Positions 19,869-27,397 of a DNA stretch of 33,184 nt are shown here, in pieces. Numbering within the stretch: the first letter of the stretch is position 1; each line of letters begins with the position of its first letter. The stretch is taken from the IMG/VR virus record IMGVR_UViG_3300030451_001850, positions 1 through 33,184 of that record, one strand, 5' to 3'. The notes beneath the pieces are model-generated. The model did not search any database. It saw nothing but the letters and a program-made list of their open reading frames with translations, and was not told where the DNA came from. The translations under genes were made by a program, and so were the position numbers. This DNA comes from a virus. Its lineage: Duplodnaviria; Caudoviricetes.

Positions 19869-19896
19869 TTGGGAGAGCCAGAGATGGTTCTCTCAA
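19869..19896 (+). other. 12-bp intergenic hairpin with GAGA tetraloop
   Basis: TTGGGAGAGCCA-GAGA-TGGTTCTCTCAA, two G-U pairs, no long U tract. Confidence 0.7.
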
Positions 19897-19913
19897 ATTA
19901 ATTAGAGGATACC

Positions 19914-20102
19914 ATGGATATAAAAACTAAAAAAAGATTACTTGATTTAAAACGAGATAAACTTTTACATGACAAAGCTCTCAAGAAATATCAAAAGTCT
20001 GTAGATGCAGGTAATATGTATGACCTAAGAATTGTACACTACATAAAGAAAACGCTTGTATCAATAGAGTCGGACATCAAAAGACTTGAGAGTACTACAT
20101 AG
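19914..20102 (+). CDS. Hypothetical protein
   Basis: 62 aa, RBS GAGG. Confidence 0.7.
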   Translation: MDIKTKKRLLDLKRDKLLHDKALKKYQKSVDAGNMYDLRIVHYIKKTLVSIESDIKRLESTT

Positions 20103-20171
20103 AGGGGAGGGCAAAAGGAACCACCTTGCCCTTCCATCTTCCAGGGAATATTGCCTCAGAAAGGATTTATT

Positions 20172-20375
20172 ATGTCGCAAGAAATATTACAATGTCCATC
20201 ATGCAAACAACACAGCCTCAGAGAGATGACTAATCATGAGATCGATCAATGGTACTGTGTACTATGCTTACTGCATATCAAAAAGCCAAAGAAGACTGGT
20301 AATGGTAGAGCAGTTCACAAACAATATCCAAAAAAAGTTTACAATAGGGGTGGCAGATGTTTTTTTATTTACTAG
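20172..20375 (+). CDS. Small zinc-ribbon protein
   Basis: Start reassigned to ATG 20172 after AAGGA; CPSC...CVLC. Confidence 0.6.
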   Translation: MSQEILQCPSCKQHSLREMTNHEIDQWYCVLCLLHIKKPKKTGNGRAVHKQYPKKVYNRGGRCFFIY

Positions 20376-20641
20376 CTGGTTTCATATCAGCATGTGCAAT
20401 ACTCTTTTTACTTGCAAAATTAGGCATGAAAAGAGTTCTAAACTATGACATCATTGTCGATATAGTATCGACTCTGGCTCTCATATTTATGTTTGCTGGC
20501 ACATTTGCTGGCATGATGGCTGGTGTCATAGGTGGTGCAATCATATCCATTGTTCTATTTATTCTAAAGAAAACAATAGGTTATGAGAAGCCAGTAAGAA
20601 AAGGATTCAAAGTGCATTGGGAATATGTTCCACCAAAGTAA
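20357..20641 (+). CDS. Small multi-pass membrane protein
   Basis: 94 aa with about three hydrophobic segments and a basic tail. Confidence 0.75.
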   Translation: MFFYLLAGFISACAILFLLAKLGMKRVLNYDIIVDIVSTLALIFMFAGTFAGMMAGVIGGAIISIVLFILKKTIGYEKPVRKGFKVHWEYVPPK

Positions 20642-20644
20642 CTT

Positions 20645-20878
20645 TGATAGTGTCATGTTTGGGGCAAAACTTCCAAGGCAGTAATGGTTTACAGCCTATC
20701 CCTAGTTTGAGGTCTTGCAAGCTACTCAGATGAGCGAAGTTTAGACACGAATACATCTATATAAGTTGTCATTAAGTATACGTTAGATGTGTAGATGCAG
20801 ATACCAAGTCGACATGGTGGCAAGTCTGCAACAGAGGCTAGACCTGATGCCTCAGCCTAGATATCAATCATGGCATTA
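20645..20878 (+). ncRNA. Candidate ~230-nt multibranch RNA with kissing loops
   Basis: Closing stem 20648-20657/20869-20878, at least six internal helices, complementary loops AGGTCT (20710-20715) and AGACCT (20840-20845). Confidence 0.65.
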
Positions 20879-20916
20879 CCCTTTGGTTTACATTATGTGA
20901 GCCAGAGGGTATTTTT
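20877..20916 (+). terminator. Intrinsic terminator-like hairpin
   Basis: TACCCTTTGGTTTACA-TTA-TGTGAGCCAGAGGGTA (16 bp, 3 G-U) then TTTTT. Confidence 0.75.
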
Positions 20917-20974
20917 ATGAGTGGAGCAGTTGTTGCTCTTAATTTTAATCATACACAACGTAAAGGAGAAAAGT

Positions 20975-21391
20975 ATGAATTTTGCTCAAATCACTATATC
21001 AGGTAATGTTGGTCAAGCACCAGAGATCAAAGAAATCAATGGTACAAAGGTGGCTAACTTTTCTGTAGCAGTCAACGAATCTTACAACACTAAAGCTGGT
21101 GAGAAAGTTGAGAAGACACATTGGTATCCTATCGAAGCATGGGATGGTTCACAAGGCAAAGGTCTTGTATCCAATGTCATTGAGAAGTATCTTACAGTCG
21201 GTACAACAGTACTTGTTCAAGGTATGCCAATGATTGAAACCTATGAAAAAGATGGAGAGAAGCGTAAAGCCTTCAAGATCAAACTTGCTGGTACTGGTTC
21301 TACATTCCGTCTTACTGGTGGAGCTAAGAAAGATTCATCCACAGTCGGTGATGCACCAAAGGTTGAAGACAACGATGAGGTACCATTCTAA
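20975..21391 (+). CDS. ssb: Single-stranded DNA-binding protein
   Basis: GNVGQAPE, VANFSVAVNE, acidic tip DNDEVPF; start reassigned to ATG after AAAGGAG. Confidence 0.93.
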   Translation: MNFAQITISGNVGQAPEIKEINGTKVANFSVAVNESYNTKAGEKVEKTHWYPIEAWDGSQGKGLVSNVIEKYLTVGTTVLVQGMPMIETYEKDGEKRKAFKIKLAGTGSTFRLTGGAKKDSSTVGDAPKVEDNDEVPF

Positions 21392-21412
21392 AGAACATCA
21401 GGTCCGATGTAT

Positions 21413-21441
21413 GGGGGTAGTGAAAGCTATCCCCTTTTTTT
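21413..21441 (+). terminator. Intrinsic terminator after ssb
   Basis: GGGGGTAGT-GAAA-GCTATCCCC then T7. Confidence 0.85.
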
Positions 21442-21506
21442 ATGATGAGGGGTGCAATCCTCTTTCATTTCAATCCCCCTCATCGCCACAAATACAGGAG
21501 CATCTT

Positions 21507-21788
21507 ATGATTGTAAGTGACAAAAAGAACAGACTCATCAAAGCTATATTGATGGACAACAAGAACACCATTGAAAGTTTTGACTTTGATGAAGACTATC
21601 CATCAGATATGGAACAACGTATTGAATGGTTCACAACTGATGACCAGACAGATAAAGAATCAATGGCCTATCACATTGGTTACAAACATGGCATGAATAA
21701 GGCAGTACAAGTCTTATGTCATCTCAACAAGAAACACCTGGACTCACAACTCAAAAGCTATGAGGTGACGTATGAGCCGAGGGATTAA
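21507..21788 (+). CDS. Hypothetical protein
   Basis: Start reassigned to ATG 21507 after AGGAG (MIVSDKKNRLIK...). Confidence 0.7.
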   Translation: MIVSDKKNRLIKAILMDNKNTIESFDFDEDYPSDMEQRIEWFTTDDQTDKESMAYHIGYKHGMNKAVQVLCHLNKKHLDSQLKSYEVTYEPRD

Positions 21789-21897
21789 GAAAAGAAAAGG
21801 CTCTGAGATAGTATCAATGAGCCGTAAGCATGTAAAAAAGAATAAAAAACTAGCATCCAAAAGGAGGAGAAAATGGAGCTATTGCCTCAACAAATAA
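21772..21897 (+). CDS. Possible small, highly basic protein (41 aa)
   Basis: Manual ORF MSRGIKKRKGSEIVSMSRKHVKKNKKLASKRRRKWSYCLNK after GAGGTG; fills the intergenic gap. Confidence 0.45.
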   Translation: MSRGIKKRKGSEIVSMSRKHVKKNKKLASKRRRKWSYCLNK

Positions 21898-22202
21898 AAA
21901 ATAAATTAAAAGAAAATCATATCGCCACAATGAAGGATGATACAGTAAGCCACAAACCAGTTGTAAAATACTTTACACCATTTGGTGGTGCAACATGGCT
22001 CATCTCAGAGATTGATGATGAGAACATGATGTTTGGCCTCTGTGATCTTGGTCAGGGATTCCCTGAACTTGGCTATGTGCATCTGCAAGACCTTATGTCA
22101 CTAAAGCCAAATTGTGAGAGGGATTTGTATTTTAAACCTAAGTATACTATTTCACAGTATGCAGATAAATCTAGACAGAAAGGAAGAATCGTCTATGAGT
22201 AA
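21873..22202 (+). CDS. DUF2958-like protein
   Basis: PVVKYFTPFGGATWLISE...FGLCDLGQGFPELGYV...ERDLYF. Confidence 0.85.
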   Translation: MELLPQQIKNKLKENHIATMKDDTVSHKPVVKYFTPFGGATWLISEIDDENMMFGLCDLGQGFPELGYVHLQDLMSLKPNCERDLYFKPKYTISQYADKSRQKGRIVYE

Positions 22203-22431
22203 AATAAAAACATTAGCTAAAGAGTTTACCTATGCAAGAGAAGCTGTAGCTATATATCAAAAGTCATGTGTTAGCCACAGTTTTAAACATCAGGACATGA
22301 CACTATTGAAAGACCTTGATAGTATGAAGTATTGGATTGAAGAACTTCAAAAGAAAGAGGAAGAACTTTTCAAACTTCTTGTAGTCAAAAAATTATTGGA
22401 CAAGCCAAAGGAGGACAAAGATGTGGCATAG
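22195..22431 (+). CDS. Hypothetical protein
   Basis: Start reassigned to MSKIKTLAK after AAGGA, overlapping the previous stop. Confidence 0.65.
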   Translation: MSKIKTLAKEFTYAREAVAIYQKSCVSHSFKHQDMTLLKDLDSMKYWIEELQKKEEELFKLLVVKKLLDKPKEDKDVA

Positions 22432-22639
22432 ACTCAAAGAGTTTTCTTTTCTCAATCGCAAAGCATCATGGATTGGATGGTTTGTGGTTGTTCATCTCAT
22501 CCAATCAGCTGTCATTTTGTTTCTAATGATGGCTATGGGTATCAATCCGACACTTGTTGTATCAGTTATTGCAGCTCCTTTATGGATTGCAGTTGCTTTT
22601 GCCAGCAAGTTCATTACGGATAAAATTGTAACTAACTAA
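22421..22639 (+). CDS. Small two-TM membrane protein
   Basis: RBS GGAGG, two hydrophobic helices. Confidence 0.7.
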   Translation: MWHRLKEFSFLNRKASWIGWFVVVHLIQSAVILFLMMAMGINPTLVVSVIAAPLWIAVAFASKFITDKIVTN

Positions 22640-22651
22640 CAGGAGGATAAT

Positions 22652-24217
22652 TTGAAAATACCTTTAAATCAACTCAAGCCTGATCCCAACAATATCAGAA
22701 AGGTGAAGGCTAACAATCTTGATGCACTCATTGCCTCAATACAAAGTCGTGACTTACTACACAACCTTGTTGTCAAAAAGAATGGCACAGGTTACATCAT
22801 TATCGATGGCAACAGAAGATTCAAAGCACTACAGGAAATACATGGTGCAGAATCTATTGAGCCAGTAGAATGTAAAGTCATTGATGAACATGACAGAGAA
22901 GTTGGCTTACATGCTAACATGATGAGAGAAGGCATGCATCCACTTGATGAGTCTGATGTAATCTTCAAACTATGTGAAGATGGATCAGAAGACTTTGATT
23001 CTATTGCCAAACGATTTGGTCAAACTGGTAAGTGGGTACAACAGAGAGTCGCATTGTCTGAACTCATACCAGCAGTCAAGAAAGCATTTCGTAACTGTGA
23101 GATGAATCTTGGTACAGCCTCTTTGTTTACAAGACTAAACAAGACACAACAGTCAGAGTTATTCAAATCATGTGATGGTGACTATGACTATCGTGATATC
23201 AAATGGCAAATTGATAATGCTCAAATCATGAAAGACAAAGTAATTATCCCACCAAACCACAAGCTCTACAAAGATATTGAGTTTGAGGGTGATCTGTTTT
23301 CAGACAGACAGTATGTTGCTAATGTAGATCAACTACAAAAGCTACAAATGGAGTATGTAGAAGACAAGATTGCTTATTGGTCTAAGAGGTTTGAGAAAGT
23401 TCACTACCTTGAAGACACACCAGTCTATGAAGCTACCAACATAGTCAAGCATCTAACTAAAGACTTTGACAAGAAGACTTACAAAGATGCTGATCTACAG
23501 ATTACTGTACACTATGACTGGAGGCGTGGTGAGTTCTACATGCAGAAATGGTTGGACAAACGTAAAGCTAGTGCAGCTGAGATTGAAGCAGTAGAAAATG
23601 GTGAAGTACCAGAACTTACACTTGCTGATATGTCTAATCCACAACACCAAGAGATGATACAAATGCATTTTGGTGCTTTGAGAAATGCTATCTACAATCA
23701 GCACAAACCAGAGCCTCAAGACATGCTTGGTTATTTCTGTGGCAATCTATTTACACCTTACACCAATATATCAGCTGAGTCTGTTATTCCATCTTATGAA
23801 AACAGTTTAGCAGAGCCTAATGATCTCTTTGAAAATGAATTGGCTGACATCAGAACAGAACTATCTGATTGGGTAGAGAAGAATCCTGATCTGCCAAGAG
23901 CCAAGTTCTTTATTGGTAAGGGATATCAATATTGTTGTCGTGCATTGTATGTAAGAGCTATGGTTTCATCTACGGAAGGTGAAGTAAGTCAGATGAATGA
24001 ACTTATGTACAAGGCAAATCTAGAAAACAACTGGTTTCAGCCAGACTACAACTGGATCAAGAAGTACAAGACTACACAGTTATACATGTTATGTAATGAA
24101 CTGAAGATCAAATACTCTGAGAGAGATAAGAAAGGTGATCTTGTAGAAAAGATTGTTGCCTCTATCAGAGATGGTAAGTCTTACGATCCTATTGAGTTAC
24201 TCAAGAATGTGAAGTAA
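22652..24217 (+). CDS. Large ParB/Srx-domain + HTH protein (plasmid YubM/ParB2-like)
   Basis: TTG start after AGGAGG; GNRRFKAL Arg patch, ANMMREGMHPLDE, HTH SIAKRFGQTGKWVQQRVAL, C-terminal WFQP...KKGDL. Confidence 0.85.
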   Translation: MKIPLNQLKPDPNNIRKVKANNLDALIASIQSRDLLHNLVVKKNGTGYIIIDGNRRFKALQEIHGAESIEPVECKVIDEHDREVGLHANMMREGMHPLDESDVIFKLCEDGSEDFDSIAKRFGQTGKWVQQRVALSELIPAVKKAFRNCEMNLGTASLFTRLNKTQQSELFKSCDGDYDYRDIKWQIDNAQIMKDKVIIPPNHKLYKDIEFEGDLFSDRQYVANVDQLQKLQMEYVEDKIAYWSKRFEKVHYLEDTPVYEATNIVKHLTKDFDKKTYKDADLQITVHYDWRRGEFYMQKWLDKRKASAAEIEAVENGEVPELTLADMSNPQHQEMIQMHFGALRNAIYNQHKPEPQDMLGYFCGNLFTPYTNISAESVIPSYENSLAEPNDLFENELADIRTELSDWVEKNPDLPRAKFFIGKGYQYCCRALYVRAMVSSTEGEVSQMNELMYKANLENNWFQPDYNWIKKYKTTQLYMLCNELKIKYSERDKKGDLVEKIVASIRDGKSYDPIELLKNVK

Positions 24218-24219
24218 AA

Positions 24220-24699
24220 CTATTGATACTTGCTGAAGTTCATCCCCCAATAAGCTATGAGGGATGCTTCGGCAAGACCATCATATGTCTTTAACTGCCA
24301 AAGATGAGAGCCTTGTGGCATCAACTCAGATGCTCTTTTACGAGTAGCATCTTTATCACTTGTGCAGTTAAGATCACTTTTCCATTTACGAGGCACAACT
24401 TCTGTGTATGGTAGACCTATTGCCACAAGCATACCAAGATATATTCCATATCCCATGCCTGTTGCAAATGTACTAGCTAAACCTTGTTGTGGCATAGCTT
24501 GTTGTTTTTCTATAAACACATGCTCTGGTTTTTGATCTGCTAAGATACTATTAAGACTCCACATATCTAGAAATCTTTTTTGTTTCTTGCCTATGTTTAC
24601 TCTAAACACAGGTGCTTTCTCAGCTTGAATATACTTTGAGTCTGAATGAATGAAGCTAACTGCTCCATTTAGTCCAGGATCAATGCCACATACTATCAT
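24220..24699 (-). CDS. RuvC-like Holliday junction resolvase
   Basis: GIDPG, VFIEKQ, VPRKWK, DGLAEASLIA. Confidence 0.85.
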   Translation of the reverse strand: MIVCGIDPGLNGAVSFIHSDSKYIQAEKAPVFRVNIGKKQKRFLDMWSLNSILADQKPEHVFIEKQQAMPQQGLASTFATGMGYGIYLGMLVAIGLPYTEVVPRKWKSDLNCTSDKDATRKRASELMPQGSHLWQLKTYDGLAEASLIAYWGMNFSKYQ

Positions 24700-24910
24700 T
24701 ACGAACCTCCAGTTTTAGTTTGCAACCAAGGGCCTCAGCCCAACAATACAAATTAAAAGCTGTTGGCTTTCGATTTCCAGTTTCCCACTTAGCAACTAGA
24801 CCAGTCGCACATCCTATACGATCATCTAGTGCAGCTTGTGGTAGACCTAGCTGGTATCTACGTTTCTTCAACTGAGTAACAAGATCGTCAGCATATCTCT
24901 TTTCAGTCAT
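24680..24910 (-). CDS. XRE/Cro-like HTH regulator
   Basis: LKKRRYQLGLPQAALDDRIG...VAKWETGNRKP...AEALG; RBS GAGGTG. Confidence 0.85.
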   Translation of the reverse strand: MTEKRYADDLVTQLKKRRYQLGLPQAALDDRIGCATGLVAKWETGNRKPTAFNLYCWAEALGCKLKLEVRNDSMWH

Positions 24911-24926
24911 TGCACACCTCTAGGTA

Positions 24927-24956
24927 ACAATAGCCAGAGGTTAGTTGTAATGTCAA
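24927..24956 (-). promoter_or_regulatory. Leftward promoter for HTH-resolvase
   Basis: TTGACA (24956-24951)-N18-TATTGT; spacer includes CTCTGG of the recurrent octamer. Confidence 0.65.
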
Positions 24957-24973
24957 TAATTTTGATTTAAAAT
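24945..24973 (+). promoter_or_regulatory. Rightward promoter for the recombination operon
   Basis: TTGTAA-N17-TAAAAT. Confidence 0.65.
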
Positions 24974-25018
24974 AAATATGAGGGTGCAATCTCATACTAG
25001 ACATATACGGAGGACATA

Positions 25019-25279
25019 ATGGCATTTATGACTAGGAAAACATTTGACTTTTTTACACAAAAAATAGCACCATTACTAAGACCTAATGTTGGTGATACAT
25101 TTGTGCAAGTCGTTCATGAGTACTATACTCATGGTTACATTAACAGAGCTAAGTTTAATAGACTCAGTAGTTTGAATTGGAGTGCAGTAGAGCATGAAGA
25201 TCAACATGAGCCAATTGATGAACTAAGCAACAAAGAATTGGAGGGCAGAAACTATGGTACTAAGTCAACAGCAGCTTAA
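25019..25279 (+). CDS. Hypothetical protein
   Basis: 86 aa, RBS GGAGG. Confidence 0.7.
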   Translation: MAFMTRKTFDFFTQKIAPLLRPNVGDTFVQVVHEYYTHGYINRAKFNRLSSLNWSAVEHEDQHEPIDELSNKELEGRNYGTKSTAA

Positions 25280-26126
25280 CGCTAGAAGAAACTTTATTGG
25301 TTCAAGTGAGGCATCTATCATTGCTAATGGTAGTTACTCATCATGGTATGAACTGATAGAGCAAAAACGCAATAGTCTAGAAAAGATATTTGACAAACAA
25401 ACTAGATTCTTGATGGAAGCTGGTACATTCATGGAACCTTTTGTATTGGAGAAAGGTGAAGAAATAATGAAGATGAAGTTTCGTAATCAACAATCTGGCA
25501 AGACAGTCGATCATGGCATTGCACCAATACACTCAACCTATGATGCAATTGCAGCTGATGGTAGACCAGTAGAAGCTAAGACACATTGGCAGTTCAGAAA
25601 CATGGATGAGCTATGTGATCTGTATGCACCACAATGTCAGCATCATATTCACACATCAGCTAAAGATGGTTGCTATCTTGTTGTGTTCTTTGGTGTCAGA
25701 TGTAACTTGGAATACAGATACATTCAAAGAGATCAAGCATGGATTGATTCCTATCTTGAGCAATGTGTCAAGTTTTGGTCATGGTATCGTGATGGCGTAG
25801 AGCCAGAGGGATTTGAATTGTTACCACCAGTTGACTGGTCAGATATGGTGACTATGGATATGTCAGACTTACCTGTTTGGGATGAGAAGATGGAGCATGA
25901 GATGAGAGTCAATGCAAGTGACATCATTGAATCAAAGCAAGCCATCGACATTGCAGACGAAGCTAAGTCTGTATTCAAACATTACATGCCAGACAATTGT
26001 CGTAAGATGACATTTGACATTGGTGGTAATCACAAAGGTCATAAGATTGTGATGACTAGATCAAAGACTACTAAAGCAATCACATTGAAACACACTTACC
26101 CAAAAGGAGAGAAAGATGGGAACTAA
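25254..26126 (+). CDS. YqaJ/lambda-exonuclease-like nuclease
   Basis: RRNFIGSSE, G..ME, STYDA, EAKT, YAPQCQH. Confidence 0.85.
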   Translation: MVLSQQQLNARRNFIGSSEASIIANGSYSSWYELIEQKRNSLEKIFDKQTRFLMEAGTFMEPFVLEKGEEIMKMKFRNQQSGKTVDHGIAPIHSTYDAIAADGRPVEAKTHWQFRNMDELCDLYAPQCQHHIHTSAKDGCYLVVFFGVRCNLEYRYIQRDQAWIDSYLEQCVKFWSWYRDGVEPEGFELLPPVDWSDMVTMDMSDLPVWDEKMEHEMRVNASDIIESKQAIDIADEAKSVFKHYMPDNCRKMTFDIGGNHKGHKIVMTRSKTTKAITLKHTYPKGEKDGN

Positions 26127-26778
26127 GAAAAACGTATATGAAACACTAGCAAAGGTAGATGTTTCTAAACATGTAGAGAAGAAAGGCGATGCCTCATACC
26201 TTTCATGGTCATGGGCTTGGGCTTTTGTAAAGAAAGAGTTTGATGATGCAACATTCGTCAAGCATACATTTACAGACAATCAAAACAATGTCTTGCCTTT
26301 CATGAGAGATTACAAAGGTAATACATATGTCCAGGTATCTGTGACAATACAAGGTCAGACAATTACTGAGGTCTTTCCTGTCATGGATAACTACATGCAA
26401 GCTATCAATTCAGAAGCAAACACTAAGTTTGGCAAGAAGAAAAGAGATGGTCAATCAAGAATACCAGACTCAACTGATGTCAACAATGCTCATCAGAGGG
26501 CATTGACTAAGTGTCTTGCATACTTTGGTCTTGGCTTGAACGTCTATGCTGGTGAAGATATACCTCTCAACGATGTATTCTTCAATGATGATTCATCTAA
26601 TCAAGAAGCAGATGTTATCAAAAAGATATTCTCAGAATGTAAAGATGAGAAGTCACTCAAGGATGCATGGCACGGAAACAGTACTAAAATCAATAAGTTA
26701 TCGCAGACTTTTGTCATATCAGTTCAAGATCATTACAAATCTTGTTTATCAAAACTGAAGGTAAAGAAAGCTAACTAA
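26116..26778 (+). CDS. Sak/DUF1071 (Rad52-like) single-strand annealing protein
   Basis: YLSWSWAW, PVMDN, DVNNAHQRALTKCLAYFGLGLNVYAGED. Confidence 0.88.
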   Translation: MGTKKNVYETLAKVDVSKHVEKKGDASYLSWSWAWAFVKKEFDDATFVKHTFTDNQNNVLPFMRDYKGNTYVQVSVTIQGQTITEVFPVMDNYMQAINSEANTKFGKKKRDGQSRIPDSTDVNNAHQRALTKCLAYFGLGLNVYAGEDIPLNDVFFNDDSSNQEADVIKKIFSECKDEKSLKDAWHGNSTKINKLSQTFVISVQDHYKSCLSKLKVKKAN

Positions 26779-26781
26779 TAC

Positions 26782-26852
26782 AAAAAGACTAGAGGCGAGG
26801 AGCTATCACCACCTCTAGTCTTCCCCCTACCACAGCCCTTTCAGGCAAGTGA
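26782..26852 (-). ncRNA. Candidate antisense sRNA with anti-SD loop
   Basis: Upstream promoter, GCCU-GAAA-GGGC hairpin, terminator stem with loop GUGAUAGCUCCU and U5 tail. Confidence 0.55.
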
Positions 26853-26858
26853 ATTTAT

Positions 26859-26887
26859 ATCATATAAAAAATTTATTTAAATTACAA
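26859..26887 (-). promoter_or_regulatory. Promoter for the candidate sRNA
   Basis: TTGTAA-N17-TATGAT; region is very AT-rich, so chance is not excluded. Confidence 0.55.
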
Positions 26888-26904
26888 TAGACATTGGGGA
26901 TATT

Positions 26905-27180
26905 ATGAAAAGAAATGAAATACTAAACCAAGCAAAAGAAACTTTACTGCAACGACAGACAGTACATGGTGATCCACACAAGACATTTACAATACTTGCA
27001 GAGATGTGGAATGTTACACCATATCAAGTTGCTATGATGCTTGCTGAACTAAAGATGATCAGAGCCAGAGCAAATCCAGCTAACGATGATAACTATCTAG
27101 ATGCAATAGGATACATTGCTCTAGCCTATGAACTAAAACATAACCAAAAAGAAGCTATGGTAGGAGGAAAGAATGATTGA
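26905..27180 (+). CDS. DUF6378-like protein (possible nucleotide-modifying family)
   Basis: RQTVHGDP...IL..MW...KMIR...DDNYLDAIGYIAL. Confidence 0.75.
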   Translation: MKRNEILNQAKETLLQRQTVHGDPHKTFTILAEMWNVTPYQVAMMLAELKMIRARANPANDDNYLDAIGYIALAYELKHNQKEAMVGGKND

Positions 27181-27322
27181 GCTTTTATTAGAAAAAGGTG
27201 ATGTAAAATTAATAATGGCAACGTTAGTTGTGTTGCTAGATATGGATTACATCAAGGAACCAGAGATGATTAAGAAATATAAAAAATTATTAAAGAAGTT
27301 AAAAGAAACGACAAATCTTTAG
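27173..27322 (+). CDS. Small hypothetical protein (49 aa)
   Basis: Manual ORF MIELLLEKGDVKLIMATLVVLLDMDY... after AGGAGG. Confidence 0.65.
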   Translation: MIELLLEKGDVKLIMATLVVLLDMDYIKEPEMIKKYKKLLKKLKETTNL

Positions 27323-27397
27323 TGGAGGACACCTAGAGTGTTGTCGTTTCTCAGGTGCATATTAACTATAACTTATTATTTATAAAGGAATATTCAC

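Noticed and set aside
20661-20740. tmRNA-like GGGGC start and hammerhead-like CAGATGAG-CGAAG
   Set aside because: No T-arm/CCA end or tag frame; hammerhead core CUGANGA/GAAA not satisfied
24220-24699. RuvC-fold protein as an RNA-guided nuclease partner of the ncRNAs
   Set aside because: At 159 aa it is a compact stand-alone resolvase without the extra domains of TnpB/IscB
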